From the NCBI GenBank assembly GCA_051382305.1, contig JBBCAV010000168.1, forward strand, positions 1 to 56,397: DNA of 56,397 bases. The letters are read 5' to 3'. Position 1 is the stretch's first letter. The number at the start of each line of letters is the position of its first letter. The notes under the pieces are model-generated. The model was not told where the DNA came from and ran no database searches. It saw only the letters and a program-made list of their open reading frames with translations. Positions 10,493 through 19,606 of this stretch are shown here, one piece after another. This stretch comes from Bdellovibrionota bacterium FG-2. Its GTDB lineage: Bacteria > Bdellovibrionota > UBA1018. The position numbers were made by a program, and so were the translations under genes.

Positions 10493-11671
10493 ATGTTTCC
10501 GCGCCGATTACTTTATCTTGCTGTACTAATACTTGCACTAGGCATGGGCCTCTCAGCTAACAAGATTATCGACGACATGATTGCTTTTGCGTCTCAATTT
10601 CAGGGGACTAGGTATGTCTTTGGTGGCAACGACCTTGCTCGTGGGATTGATTGCTCTGCTTTTGTCAGGCAGGTACTCTCTAAAGCTACCGGGCAGTCAC
10701 TTCCGCGAACAGCGAGAGAGCAGTTTCAATTCGGGGCACCAATAGAAAGAGAAAAGCTAAAGAAAGGCGACTTTATTTTTTTTGAAACGTGGCGTCCCGG
10801 CGCAAGTCACGTCGGCATCATGACTGGAAAAAATAACCAGTTCATTAATGCAGCCAGTTCAAAGGGCATCTCCACAGCAGTGCTTACCTCAAACTATTGG
10901 GATACTAAATACTTAGGTGCCCGTCGTTTTGTTCATACCTATGACGAACCCGCTGAGGTTAAATACTTCGACGAAAAACAAAAGTCGCAGCCTTTGCCTG
11001 AAATTTCTCAGGAAGAGTTAGCAAGAAAGACTGCGGAATTACTGCAACGTCGTGCACGAGAAGAACGAGATCAAACCGAGAGAGAACATGCTGAGAGACA
11101 ATTGAAAAAAACTGAGCTGGTACGAAATATTGCAAACAAAAGAAAGAAAGAGATTCCGGAAGTTTGCAAGAACTTGTTCACTTCTCCTTTTGAGGCATAT
11201 TTGCTGGATACGACTTACAAATTATTACCTGGGCAGCAATCGGGCCGCTTTGGTGAGACTATGTTTGTTATTGGGTCCACATCGAAAACGCAGCTCCGCG
11301 AGGGAAAAGATGGGAAGATGGAAACTTATGCTTCACGATCATGCGTTTACGTCCCATCGACGAAGAAATTTGGGGTTATCAATTCCATTGCCTTGTCCCA
11401 GGATTCGTCAGACCTCATCGTAGATCAGCGCTGTAAGATCTTTACGAGGCCTACAACAGCTAGTGTGGCCTCAGATACGACGCTTGAACTCAAATACGAT
11501 TATGAATCTGTCTTGGGCGAATACGTGGAGCCCTACAAGCTCAAGGTTGCTAAGGTTAAGGCCTCTACGTCACTGACTATTGTTGGGGAGGCTGAAACTG
11601 AAGCCGGTGACTACGCATGCGTGGAATATGAAAAGCGCGTGGTAGTGATCAACAAACTCGCCTTGAGGTAG
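10493..11671 (+). CDS. NlpC/P60 (C40) cell-wall peptidase with C-terminal extension
   Basis: YVFGG...GIDCSAFV, LPRTAREQ, GDFIFF, SHVGI, GARR motifs; signal peptide. Confidence 0.92.
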   Translation: MFPRRLLYLAVLILALGMGLSANKIIDDMIAFASQFQGTRYVFGGNDLARGIDCSAFVRQVLSKATGQSLPRTAREQFQFGAPIEREKLKKGDFIFFETWRPGASHVGIMTGKNNQFINAASSKGISTAVLTSNYWDTKYLGARRFVHTYDEPAEVKYFDEKQKSQPLPEISQEELARKTAELLQRRAREERDQTEREHAERQLKKTELVRNIANKRKKEIPEVCKNLFTSPFEAYLLDTTYKLLPGQQSGRFGETMFVIGSTSKTQLREGKDGKMETYASRSCVYVPSTKKFGVINSIALSQDSSDLIVDQRCKIFTRPTTASVASDTTLELKYDYESVLGEYVEPYKLKVAKVKASTSLTIVGEAETEAGDYACVEYEKRVVVINKLALR

Positions 11672-11697
11672 GTTTATGAAATGGAGAACGCTGAAAC

Positions 11698-12150
11698 ATG
11701 ACTAAACTTTTGATATTGCTAATTTGCGGCGTTTCACTGGCGGCCTGTGACTATGAAATCAAGAAGAAGGTAGCACCTGCGCCTGTTATACAAAGTAAGG
11801 AAGCAGAGGCGCCGCCTAGAGCTTCCGTAGAAAATGTCAATGTGCAGAAGACACCCCCTCCCGCTAAGAGTGACGAAGATAGTCTAAATCAAGTAATGAA
11901 CGAGGAAGCGGGAGCAAAGACTCCAACACAACCAAGGGTAACCGAGCGATCTCATACTTCAATGCCTGAGGCCATCGATACCGCGGAAGAAAAAAAGCGA
12001 AAAGCCCGCGCCGACGCAGCCGCGAGATTGGAAGCGGAAAACGATGCAAAACGGGCTGCCGATGCTGCGGCCGAAAAAACGGGTGGCGTTTCGTCTGACA
12101 AAGCTAAAGATGTAATCGACAAAGCTAAGGCACTACTTGATGAAAATTGA
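11698..12150 (+). CDS. Lipoprotein, low-complexity/coiled-coil
   Basis: GGAG RBS, lipobox SLAAC, Ala/Glu/Lys-rich body. Confidence 0.7.
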   Translation: MTKLLILLICGVSLAACDYEIKKKVAPAPVIQSKEAEAPPRASVENVNVQKTPPPAKSDEDSLNQVMNEEAGAKTPTQPRVTERSHTSMPEAIDTAEEKKRKARADAAARLEAENDAKRAADAAAEKTGGVSSDKAKDVIDKAKALLDEN

Positions 12151-12166
12151 GCGAGCAGTTCAAACA

Positions 12167-13249
12167 CTATAACTGTTCCACAAGCAGCTCCGAGACTAGC
12201 TCGGCCCCTTTGATGGCGAGTCTCATTTTGAGTCCACTCAAGGCCTCATCACGTTCGGCCCCCATTGCTCTCAGTGTCTTTGTTCGACGAGAAAACCGCC
12301 CCCCTTTTGGCGTAATGAGCTCAACTTCGGTCAAACCAGAAACCGAATAGGAACCAAAAACCTCTTCGATCTTGCCTAACTGTAACGTATATTTCACCTG
12401 ATACCCTACGGAGGCGATACTTCTCCCTGAGTTATGCCTAGTGGAAAAGCCTTGTCGCGCTAAAACATCAGCAATTTTTTCGGCCAAACTACCGGAGTCG
12501 CCTGGACCGCTTACAGATACCGTTACAGAGCTTCGACACTTTTGAAGTTGGGCCTGTTTCTCTTGTAGCCCCCCTGGCGCTTGAATGGATGAGGATTGAT
12601 CAAGGGCAAGGGCGAGATCACGATAACTCTGCCAACGAGAAAGATTCTCGATCATTTTTCGCCATGAGTTCATTGAGGAAGGGTCACCAGGCTGGCATTT
12701 CGAATTTGTGCCCTCCAGTTTTCTCGTTTCCAATGCGAGTTGTTTGGATTTGTTTTGCAGAGCACCGATGTATTGCCCAACATCCATGACGGCAACGGCT
12801 TCGACAGTGTTTGTTCCTTCGAATCTTTTAATCTGAGAAACATCGACCCCCTCCATTTGAACGCTAACGATTGCCCGAATAGACGTTGATTGTGTGGTGG
12901 TGGTTGAGCCTGAGTCCGAGTCACCAGTGGTTTGATTTGTACGCTTTGCGAGAGTTTGTTCGCCTTCGATTTTGGTGCTAATTGATTTGGCCAATTCGAT
13001 TCGTGCGTTTTCAACCGCAATTCTTTGGGCGCTCTCTGGATCTTCGGAAAGATTTCCAGATATTCCAAAACCTAACCTATATTTTGCGGAAGGAAATTTC
13101 TCTCTTAAAGAGGCCCGCCAACCGTCAGAGGTCAATTCACCGGCAGCTGTTGTGAGTACGCCATATGAGACAGCCATCACTGGCATGAGTAGAATTAACA
13201 AAAACTGACTGACTTTTCTTCGAGGCGGAGTCTTCTCATTGTGGTTCAT
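12167..13249 (-). CDS. LPP20-domain exported protein
   Basis: N-terminal hydrophobic segment; GFGIS...A...A...ARIELAKSISTKI LPP20-like motif. Confidence 0.7.
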   Translation of the reverse strand: MNHNEKTPPRRKVSQFLLILLMPVMAVSYGVLTTAAGELTSDGWRASLREKFPSAKYRLGFGISGNLSEDPESAQRIAVENARIELAKSISTKIEGEQTLAKRTNQTTGDSDSGSTTTTQSTSIRAIVSVQMEGVDVSQIKRFEGTNTVEAVAVMDVGQYIGALQNKSKQLALETRKLEGTNSKCQPGDPSSMNSWRKMIENLSRWQSYRDLALALDQSSSIQAPGGLQEKQAQLQKCRSSVTVSVSGPGDSGSLAEKIADVLARQGFSTRHNSGRSIASVGYQVKYTLQLGKIEEVFGSYSVSGLTEVELITPKGGRFSRRTKTLRAMGAERDEALSGLKMRLAIKGAELVSELLVEQL

Positions 13250-13342
13250 GATTAGACTTATCGGCAGATTGACGCAGGGAGGTTAGCCCCTTAACAATGC
13301 TTATGATTCAAGGCGATGAGCACTTTGAATCGGCCGTTTGAT

Positions 13343-13615
13343 CTAAGCCCGTCTTCCACATCTCATGTATCGGGTTCGCTCTGGCTCGGTCATCGGCACT
13401 AAATCTACTCCCCCATAAGGGGGCCGACAATTCCGTAAACGACGCACTACCAAAGGGATGCTCCGCCAGAGGCCCCACTCTATAATTGCCATTTTAGCAA
13501 ATTCTGAACACGTCGGTGAAAAACGACATGCCTGCCGTATTCTAACGGGCGCAAACCGTTGATATAGGCCAATCAAACAAATGGCTACTGCAGTTGAGAT
13601 CGACTGCCGCCACAT
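13343..13615 (-). CDS. yidD: YidD-like membrane protein insertion efficiency factor (haemolytic domain)
   Basis: IGLYQ...CRFSPTCSEF...G...RL..C.P...GG.D signature. Confidence 0.8.
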   Translation of the reverse strand: MWRQSISTAVAICLIGLYQRFAPVRIRQACRFSPTCSEFAKMAIIEWGLWRSIPLVVRRLRNCRPPYGGVDLVPMTEPERTRYMRCGRRA

Positions 13616-13625
13616 GGATGACCTG

Positions 13626-13883
13626 CTACACCTGTTTGAAAGTAATCACATAGTAAGTGGTACTCACTTCTTTGTGACCAAAAAGGCCCGCAAGACAACC
13701 TGGGGTCGATGTAACCCCAATTGGATCAACACGAAAGAATTCCCATCCTTGCCTTGCCATTTCGTTAACTGTTGCTTCCAAATACGCGGCAGCAACAGTA
13801 CTCTGGTCGGGTGCCTTGCCAAGCATTCCGGTCGCGGCGATTGTTACGTTCGGAGGAATTTGGACCATCTTGTATTTTGCCAT
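13626..13883 (-). CDS. DUF4177-like small protein
   Basis: KYKMV N-terminus, NEMARQGWEF motif, C-terminal ITFKQ. Confidence 0.7.
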   Translation of the reverse strand: MAKYKMVQIPPNVTIAATGMLGKAPDQSTVAAAYLEATVNEMARQGWEFFRVDPIGVTSTPGCLAGLFGHKEVSTTYYVITFKQV

Positions 13884-14332
13884 AAGTTATCCCTTTTTTG
13901 TTAACATTGAAAACGTCAAAAACATCGATTCCAAAGCAGGTGTGTTTTTACATCATTAGTATCGGCGAATTTTCTGAGTACGTTAATTTATTAGACGATA
14001 TTGCCATACCGCCGATCTCCAAGTCGCGCCTATGCACGGAGAGAATTTTCCATCAATTCTTCTTAGCGCCAATCTGATGACTGGATTCCAAATATCTGTC
14101 GGTGATTTCCGCCACACGGAATCCATCGTAAGTTGACACATCTCGCCTCACAGAAACAGCTATTACGTAATGTGCGGCTAGTACAGCTCGGCGGAATTTG
14201 GAATGCGTGCTCAAAGCACCGCCTAAATCACATCGCTTGCATGTACCCGGCAAATATCCTTTTGTCACGTCAGCCGCTTCCTCTGAGCACACTTAAAAAC
14301 TAAACTATCAAGCCCAAAAACGTGTCGGTATT

Positions 14333-16378
14333 TTACCCTCGCTGCTGCCAAGGGGGGCGCTTCTCCCTCACCTCTTTAACCCATGGCACTTCGCCCACGC
14401 TTTGGGCATCGGTGCCTGTACAAATGAAAAGCTCGGTAAACCCTCGGTCGTGAAGGTCCTTCGAGACAGTAAGTCCACTCTCACCTTTACCAAGCTTCAG
14501 ATCAACGAATATCGGAGTTGCACGATTGAGCCCCGCACAAATAGTTTCGAATTGCTCAAGCGATGCGAATGTTTTTATCTTCTTACCAACCTTCTTCGCA
14601 CTAAATCGCCAAGCGCCCCTTATTAGATCTTCATCATCAATAAGAATGGCATCAAACACAGAAGCAAGAGCATCAGAGATGAGCGGAAGCGCCGAAACAA
14701 CCGGAACAACACCCGAAAGTCCTTTTGGGATTAACTTCACGCCAAGGCTTTCAGCGCGAGTAAGAATGCCTGGCTCATCGAAGCGACTTGTAACCAAAAC
14801 TGCTTTTGCGCCAATCCCGAGACGTTCAATGCAGTCGAGGCCATTTTCAGGTTGCTCTACGAATTCATAATCAACGAGATACAGAACGCAGTCCCCATAT
14901 CCTTCCTCGTCTTTATGCCAGTGTGCAAATTCTTGCGGCGAAGAGAAATGAAATAGCTTCAAATCCAAGGCCGCAAACTCCGAAGCCTTGAAGCGTTCAT
15001 CCCAAACATGATGAATGCTCAAATCGTCATCAATAATAACGATTCGCTGTTTGGGCGTAAGTTCGATTCCTGAAACAAACCAAGCCGGAGTAGTTGCGCG
15101 GGGGATGCGTAGGGTAACCGTAGTACCTTGATCTTGCCCGCAGGAAATAAGGTCAAGTTTTGCACCCCACGATTCAAGTGTGTGTCGTGCATGATATAGA
15201 CCAAGCCCTGATCCGCCCTCCTTGTCAAAAGTCTCGCCCCGTCGACCCAAGCGCGATAGAACATCGGAGGGAATTCCCTTTCCATTGTCTCGAATTTCGA
15301 TCACGGCCTCGCCCGCAAACGCGGAAAGCAAAACCTCGACTCGCCCTCTGTCCGTCATGGCTTCAACGCTATTGTTAATGAGGTTCGAAAGAACTCGCTT
15401 GAATTCCCTTGGTTGAATGTTTGCAAAGGCGCCAAAGGCCAAATGGCTATCGATTTCAATATTGAGACGGGTGCGGTATTGGAGCCTCTTTTCGGTTATC
15501 AACTCGTCAACTAGGGTCGAAAGAAGTTGGACTGACCGGGATTCACTCGCCTGAATGACTCCAGACATCACGGGTTGTTTGAGGTCGTTTGCAATATCTC
15601 CAATTCTTAAGACTGAACGGCGCAGGAAAATCCGTTTATCTTCTGGAAGATCAGACAGCGTAGTGAGGATCATATCAAGCGCGGTAAGTGGCGAACGAAT
15701 ATCGTGTGCCACTTGTTGTCCTCGTTGAATCACGGCTTGCGAGATGGCTTCACTCGTTTTTGCTCTCTGCGCTTCAGCAAATGCTTGACGATGGACCTCA
15801 AACTCTCGAATCGAAAGTGGGGAGTCAGAAAGCATCCCTTCGGTTAACGGCTTTAGGATTTCATCGTGGAGACTTCCCTCAATCCTTCGAATCAACAGGA
15901 GCAATCCTATTATGAGAGCCGCCGAGAATAGAATTAGAAGCAAGAACGGCGCTTTGCCATACAACCAAGGAATCCCTACCCTAACATCATAATCAGCATA
16001 ACCAGAGAGAGGCGCGCGAATAAACTCCTCTTTGAATTTGAGAAACGCGAAGAATTTACTCGAACCCAGTGCTGCATCTGGGCACGCGCCGTTCGGAAGA
16101 CGAGAAGATGCAACAATGTCACCATTTTCGCAAAGCGCGGCCCAGGAACTCCCGATTTGCCATTCACTTGCGTTTAAAGTGGACTCAATCAGCATCAAGT
16201 TCTTTTGGCGAATCGCCAGGCCAGCGACTTCTGCCATGTGTCGTATGGCCTTAGCGCGATATTCGGTGGATTGTTGCCTCAAGCGATAGAGCTGCATGCA
16301 GGCCAAGGCCAGAACAATTCCGGCGATAGCAAAAAGCGGCAATCTCGTCTTGCGGTAAAACCAAACCTTGAGCCTCAT
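14333..16378 (-). CDS. Membrane-bound hybrid sensor histidine kinase with two C-terminal receiver-like domains
   Basis: Two TM segments around a roughly 100-aa periplasmic loop. H-box AHDIRSPL, N-box NLINNS, DNGKGI, GSGLGL. Receivers IIDDD...LVDY...TS...PK and LIDDE...FVDL...TG...EK. Confidence 0.93.
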   Translation of the reverse strand: MRLKVWFYRKTRLPLFAIAGIVLALACMQLYRLRQQSTEYRAKAIRHMAEVAGLAIRQKNLMLIESTLNASEWQIGSSWAALCENGDIVASSRLPNGACPDAALGSSKFFAFLKFKEEFIRAPLSGYADYDVRVGIPWLYGKAPFLLLILFSAALIIGLLLLIRRIEGSLHDEILKPLTEGMLSDSPLSIREFEVHRQAFAEAQRAKTSEAISQAVIQRGQQVAHDIRSPLTALDMILTTLSDLPEDKRIFLRRSVLRIGDIANDLKQPVMSGVIQASESRSVQLLSTLVDELITEKRLQYRTRLNIEIDSHLAFGAFANIQPREFKRVLSNLINNSVEAMTDRGRVEVLLSAFAGEAVIEIRDNGKGIPSDVLSRLGRRGETFDKEGGSGLGLYHARHTLESWGAKLDLISCGQDQGTTVTLRIPRATTPAWFVSGIELTPKQRIVIIDDDLSIHHVWDERFKASEFAALDLKLFHFSSPQEFAHWHKDEEGYGDCVLYLVDYEFVEQPENGLDCIERLGIGAKAVLVTSRFDEPGILTRAESLGVKLIPKGLSGVVPVVSALPLISDALASVFDAILIDDEDLIRGAWRFSAKKVGKKIKTFASLEQFETICAGLNRATPIFVDLKLGKGESGLTVSKDLHDRGFTELFICTGTDAQSVGEVPWVKEVREKRPPWQQRG

Positions 16379-16385
16379 AATCTCC

Positions 16386-17921
16386 CTATTTCAGCTTAAA
16401 AACATCCAGGTGCCCATAATTGCGCTGCATTAGATCGGAGTTCGCCTCTACTCGATCCCGGTTTATAATTGCAACGGCTCGACTAAAGCCAAGATGCACA
16501 AAAGGCACTTCTTCTAAAGCCGCTCTGGAAACGTTTTTGTAGTGCGAATCCAGCACCTCTTGATCAAGCAGCTTGCGGCCTTCCTCAAGAAGAGCGCCCA
16601 CTGTTTTCCTATAAATGATGGGAGCAAGAATTGACCCGCGCTCGCCCAGGGCATGGTAGATTCCGTCAGGGTCCCCATTTAAAACGCTGAAGGTCGTTGC
16701 AAAGAGATCATAGTCCTGTCGGTTGTACATGTAATTGAAGTGCTCGCCTTGAGGGATCGGTCCCGACTTTTCAGACACCGAGACGCCAAACTTCTTCAAC
16801 TCCTCAGTCACCCAAAAACCGATAGGATCCGAGATGAAGTGAATCGGGTGTTTTTTAGACGCTTCGACTAATTCTGGAATAAATTGCTCACCCTCTTTGA
16901 TTATCCGCTCTGCCTCTGAACGATCGAGACGTCCCGCCTGCGCAGGAAGAAAGATTTGGGGATCTAGCGAAAAATATTCCTTGGCGCCAATCAGAGTGGG
17001 TTCGCGCGAAATGCGACTATAGATTATGAATTGCAGAGCACGCCTGAGATTTGAGTTTTCAAAAAGATGGCCGGCCAATCCATTAATGTTAAGAACGATG
17101 TGAATGGCCTCAGGACCTGGCAGAACTTGAAGATCTGGTTGCGCAGCAACGTCGGAGAAAATTCGTGACCCCATCGTATACGCCATTGCGTCGATCCGAT
17201 TTTCCAACAATGCAGCCTTCGCGTCCCTTGACCAAACCAGGGACAACTCCACCGGCCCCAGCCCTTTGGATTCAGGATTGTATGGGTTTGGTGTGAGCTT
17301 TAGCGCAGTGGGCGAAGTCTCCTCGATTACAAATTTCCCAGTACCAATCAATTTAGTACCGACATTACGATAGGCCGATAGCCTCGCACCATCGAAGTAA
17401 TCAAGCGCCATTCGGAAGGGACGCCTAAATCGAACCCGCAAAGTTTCGTCATCGACCACGAGAATCCCGGAGATTGTCTTATTTTTCTCAAAATTCTCAA
17501 AACCTTCAATCTGATAAAGGGTGTCTAAAAGACTGCTATTAGCCGATTTTGGCTCTAAACGGTAAGACTCCTCCCAAGATCTCTTGAAGTCGTCGGCCCT
17601 AAGCGGTGCCCCGTCTGAAAAGCGTTTGGATGGGTCGATCTTGAAAGTGAACTCTCTAAAATCCTTCGAAATGCTCCAAGACTTTGCCCCACAGGGTTGA
17701 AGACCTCCGTGTTCGTCTGTCCCGACGAGTGTATCGAATTGATTCGACAAAACCAATCCCGCCCACATGGTGTGCTGCAAACCAGGATGAAGGGACTTCC
17801 ATTCGCCGCCAATTCCGAGACGAATAGGACGGGAGTGTTCCGAATTTTTTTGTATGAGGGTAACCATTGCAATTCCTCCAAGAGCCAGAATCAAAATCGG
17901 GAGCCATTTTCTTTTGAGCAT
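16386..17921 (-). CDS. Family-5 (OppA/DppA-like) substrate-binding protein, orphan
   Basis: FDTLV...P..AKSWSIS.D..EFTF.I....FSDG.PL.ADD.K.S, GTGKF, L..N..Y motifs; N-terminal anchor; no permease or ATPase gene nearby. Confidence 0.9.
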   Translation of the reverse strand: MLKRKWLPILILALGGIAMVTLIQKNSEHSRPIRLGIGGEWKSLHPGLQHTMWAGLVLSNQFDTLVGTDEHGGLQPCGAKSWSISKDFREFTFKIDPSKRFSDGAPLRADDFKRSWEESYRLEPKSANSSLLDTLYQIEGFENFEKNKTISGILVVDDETLRVRFRRPFRMALDYFDGARLSAYRNVGTKLIGTGKFVIEETSPTALKLTPNPYNPESKGLGPVELSLVWSRDAKAALLENRIDAMAYTMGSRIFSDVAAQPDLQVLPGPEAIHIVLNINGLAGHLFENSNLRRALQFIIYSRISREPTLIGAKEYFSLDPQIFLPAQAGRLDRSEAERIIKEGEQFIPELVEASKKHPIHFISDPIGFWVTEELKKFGVSVSEKSGPIPQGEHFNYMYNRQDYDLFATTFSVLNGDPDGIYHALGERGSILAPIIYRKTVGALLEEGRKLLDQEVLDSHYKNVSRAALEEVPFVHLGFSRAVAIINRDRVEANSDLMQRNYGHLDVFKLK

Positions 17922-17938
17922 GGGCTATAAGTTTCTCA

Positions 17939-18295
17939 TTATTGGCCCCAGCCACCGCCACCACTTGCGACGCTGGAACTGATGTTCTTCTCGTTTATCT
18001 GAAGAAGGCCGTTCTTCAAGAGGGTTTGTAGCGCCTGATCAAATTTTGCGTTCAATTCGTTTACGTCCTGAATCGCACTGCTCTTGCTGAAACGCACATA
18101 CGCCTCGTCAATGGTAGTCTCGGTCTCAAAATCACTGAAAAGCTGTCCTTTGATCTTGAGGGCGTCGCCTAAGAGAATTCCCTTTTGGACTTCTCCTTCC
18201 ATGGCCGAAAGTTCCGAGGTCGCGGCAAGCGAAATCGATGCTATCGGCATCACCGCTAATACTGTAAGAATCAACTTACGAAATTGCAGATGCAT
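17939..18295 (-). CDS. Small secreted protein, candidate RiPP/signal-peptide precursor
   Basis: AAGGAG RBS, Sec signal ending ISLA, helical PqqD-like body (TIDE...L..LLKNGLLQI), C-terminal SSSVASGGGGWGQ; start overlaps the radical SAM gene end. Confidence 0.7.
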   Translation of the reverse strand: MHLQFRKLILTVLAVMPIASISLAATSELSAMEGEVQKGILLGDALKIKGQLFSDFETETTIDEAYVRFSKSSAIQDVNELNAKFDQALQTLLKNGLLQINEKNISSSVASGGGGWGQ

Positions 18296-19379
18296 ATAAA
18301 TACTCCTTCTTGATTTGGGTTTGACTCATCTGAGTCTGGGGGACCAACCAACAGCCTGGATCGGCTGCCAGATAATCCCCGGTTTCGGCATAGGCCGCAT
18401 TACGATCACCGCCGCAGCGATCAAAGTGGGGGCACTCCCCACACACTTTGATTCGGCCTCGGCGAAGATTCACAAAAACAGGATGATTGAAGAAAAGCGT
18501 TTCAAGTCTATTTCCTAGGGCGCTCCCCAATGCCAAGCGTGAGCGACTTGAAGCCAGGAGACTACCCTGGTAGTCGATGACAATCCCTTCCCAGAAACGA
18601 CCGCTGCGCCCTAGCCCTGGGTGCAGGAGTGTATAAAGGGGATGATTGGCATGAGTCTTTACGCCCGTCCGAGCGGATTCGATTAGGATGGATTGGTAGG
18701 CGAGCTTTAGGGTTGTTGGCGATAGCGAGAGGTTCTTTTCCCCTGGTTGCCGAGGCTGAATAAGGCGAGTGAAGCTCATATGTGAAACACCCACTCTTTT
18801 GGCTAAATCAAAAAATGCAGGAATCTGGGGGGCGCTTCGTTGATCCAGGATAGCCTGGAAATAGGCGGAACCCCCCTCCCCCTTTAGATACTGCGCGCAG
18901 GCAACAGCCTTATCGAAACTGCCGGGGCCTCTGATTGAGTCGTGCGATTTGGCGTCCGGTGCGTCCAAACTAATTTGAATTGAAACTTCGGGGAAGCGCT
19001 TCAACAACTCGGGCTTGAGACGCTCAGGTAAAGTGCCATTGGTCAGAATTACGATGCGGGTCTTATGATCTTTCGCATGGATCCAATCCAAAAGCGGCCG
19101 AAAATGAGGACTCAGGGATGGCTCCCCTCCGCAGAGGAGGACCATAGGGCGAAACCTAAGCCGCGCAATCATCGTATAATATTGATCGAGGATACTGATC
19201 CACTCCGGCAGACCGATGGCTCCGTCATTTGTATGGTGGGGGTGATAGCAGTGGGCACACCGGAGGTTACAAAGATTGGTAATATCGAGCTGAATTGGCA
19301 GATACCGATCCACATCGATCCAAGCTAGAATCTCGTTTTCAATGCGACGGAGAATGCGAGGCAAAAAAGAGGGGATCAC
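18276..19379 (-). CDS. Radical SAM enzyme with SPASM-type C-terminal domain
   Basis: CNLRCAHC (CxxxCxxC), GGEP, TNG, QISLD, HDSIRG.GSF; C-terminal CxxCx5C...DPGC. Confidence 0.95.
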   Translation of the reverse strand: MIPSFLPRILRRIENEILAWIDVDRYLPIQLDITNLCNLRCAHCYHPHHTNDGAIGLPEWISILDQYYTMIARLRFRPMVLLCGGEPSLSPHFRPLLDWIHAKDHKTRIVILTNGTLPERLKPELLKRFPEVSIQISLDAPDAKSHDSIRGPGSFDKAVACAQYLKGEGGSAYFQAILDQRSAPQIPAFFDLAKRVGVSHMSFTRLIQPRQPGEKNLSLSPTTLKLAYQSILIESARTGVKTHANHPLYTLLHPGLGRSGRFWEGIVIDYQGSLLASSRSRLALGSALGNRLETLFFNHPVFVNLRRGRIKVCGECPHFDRCGGDRNAAYAETGDYLAADPGCWLVPQTQMSQTQIKKEYLYASAIS

Positions 19380-19606
19380 TTTGGAGTGCCAGCCTTTATG
19401 GCCTCTTTGAGGGATCGCAGGTGATCGAGACTTGAGTTGATGTGTTTAAGTGAAGCTTGGTAAAATGAGGAACCGCTTTCCTCGCCATCACACTGCGTCT
19501 CGTGAATATCGGAAAACGCTGCATCGCAAACCGTTTGTAGCGCACCTAGGCCGGCCCGGAGATCGTGATAGATTTTTTCAAGCTCTGGCAGTGTGTTTGT
19601 ATTCAT
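19376..19606 (-). CDS. 76-aa stand-alone HisKA/DHp-like protein
   Basis: YHDLRAGLGAL resembles the kinase H-box AHDIRSPLTAL; two predicted helices; ATGA/GTGA coupling on both sides. Confidence 0.6.
   Translation of the reverse strand: MNTNTLPELEKIYHDLRAGLGALQTVCDAAFSDIHETQCDGEESGSSFYQASLKHINSSLDHLRSLKEAIKAGTPK

Noticed and set aside
14053-14292. 79-aa ORF with CKRC downstream of the kinase
   Set aside because: No RBS or recognisable domain; cannot be supported as part of the operon.
17939-19379. PQQ, mycofactocin or heme d1/AhbCD biosynthesis assignment for the rSAM and PqqD-like gene
   Set aside because: No pqqA/B/C, mftA or nir/ahb genes are present. The small protein has a secretion signal and the context is signalling.
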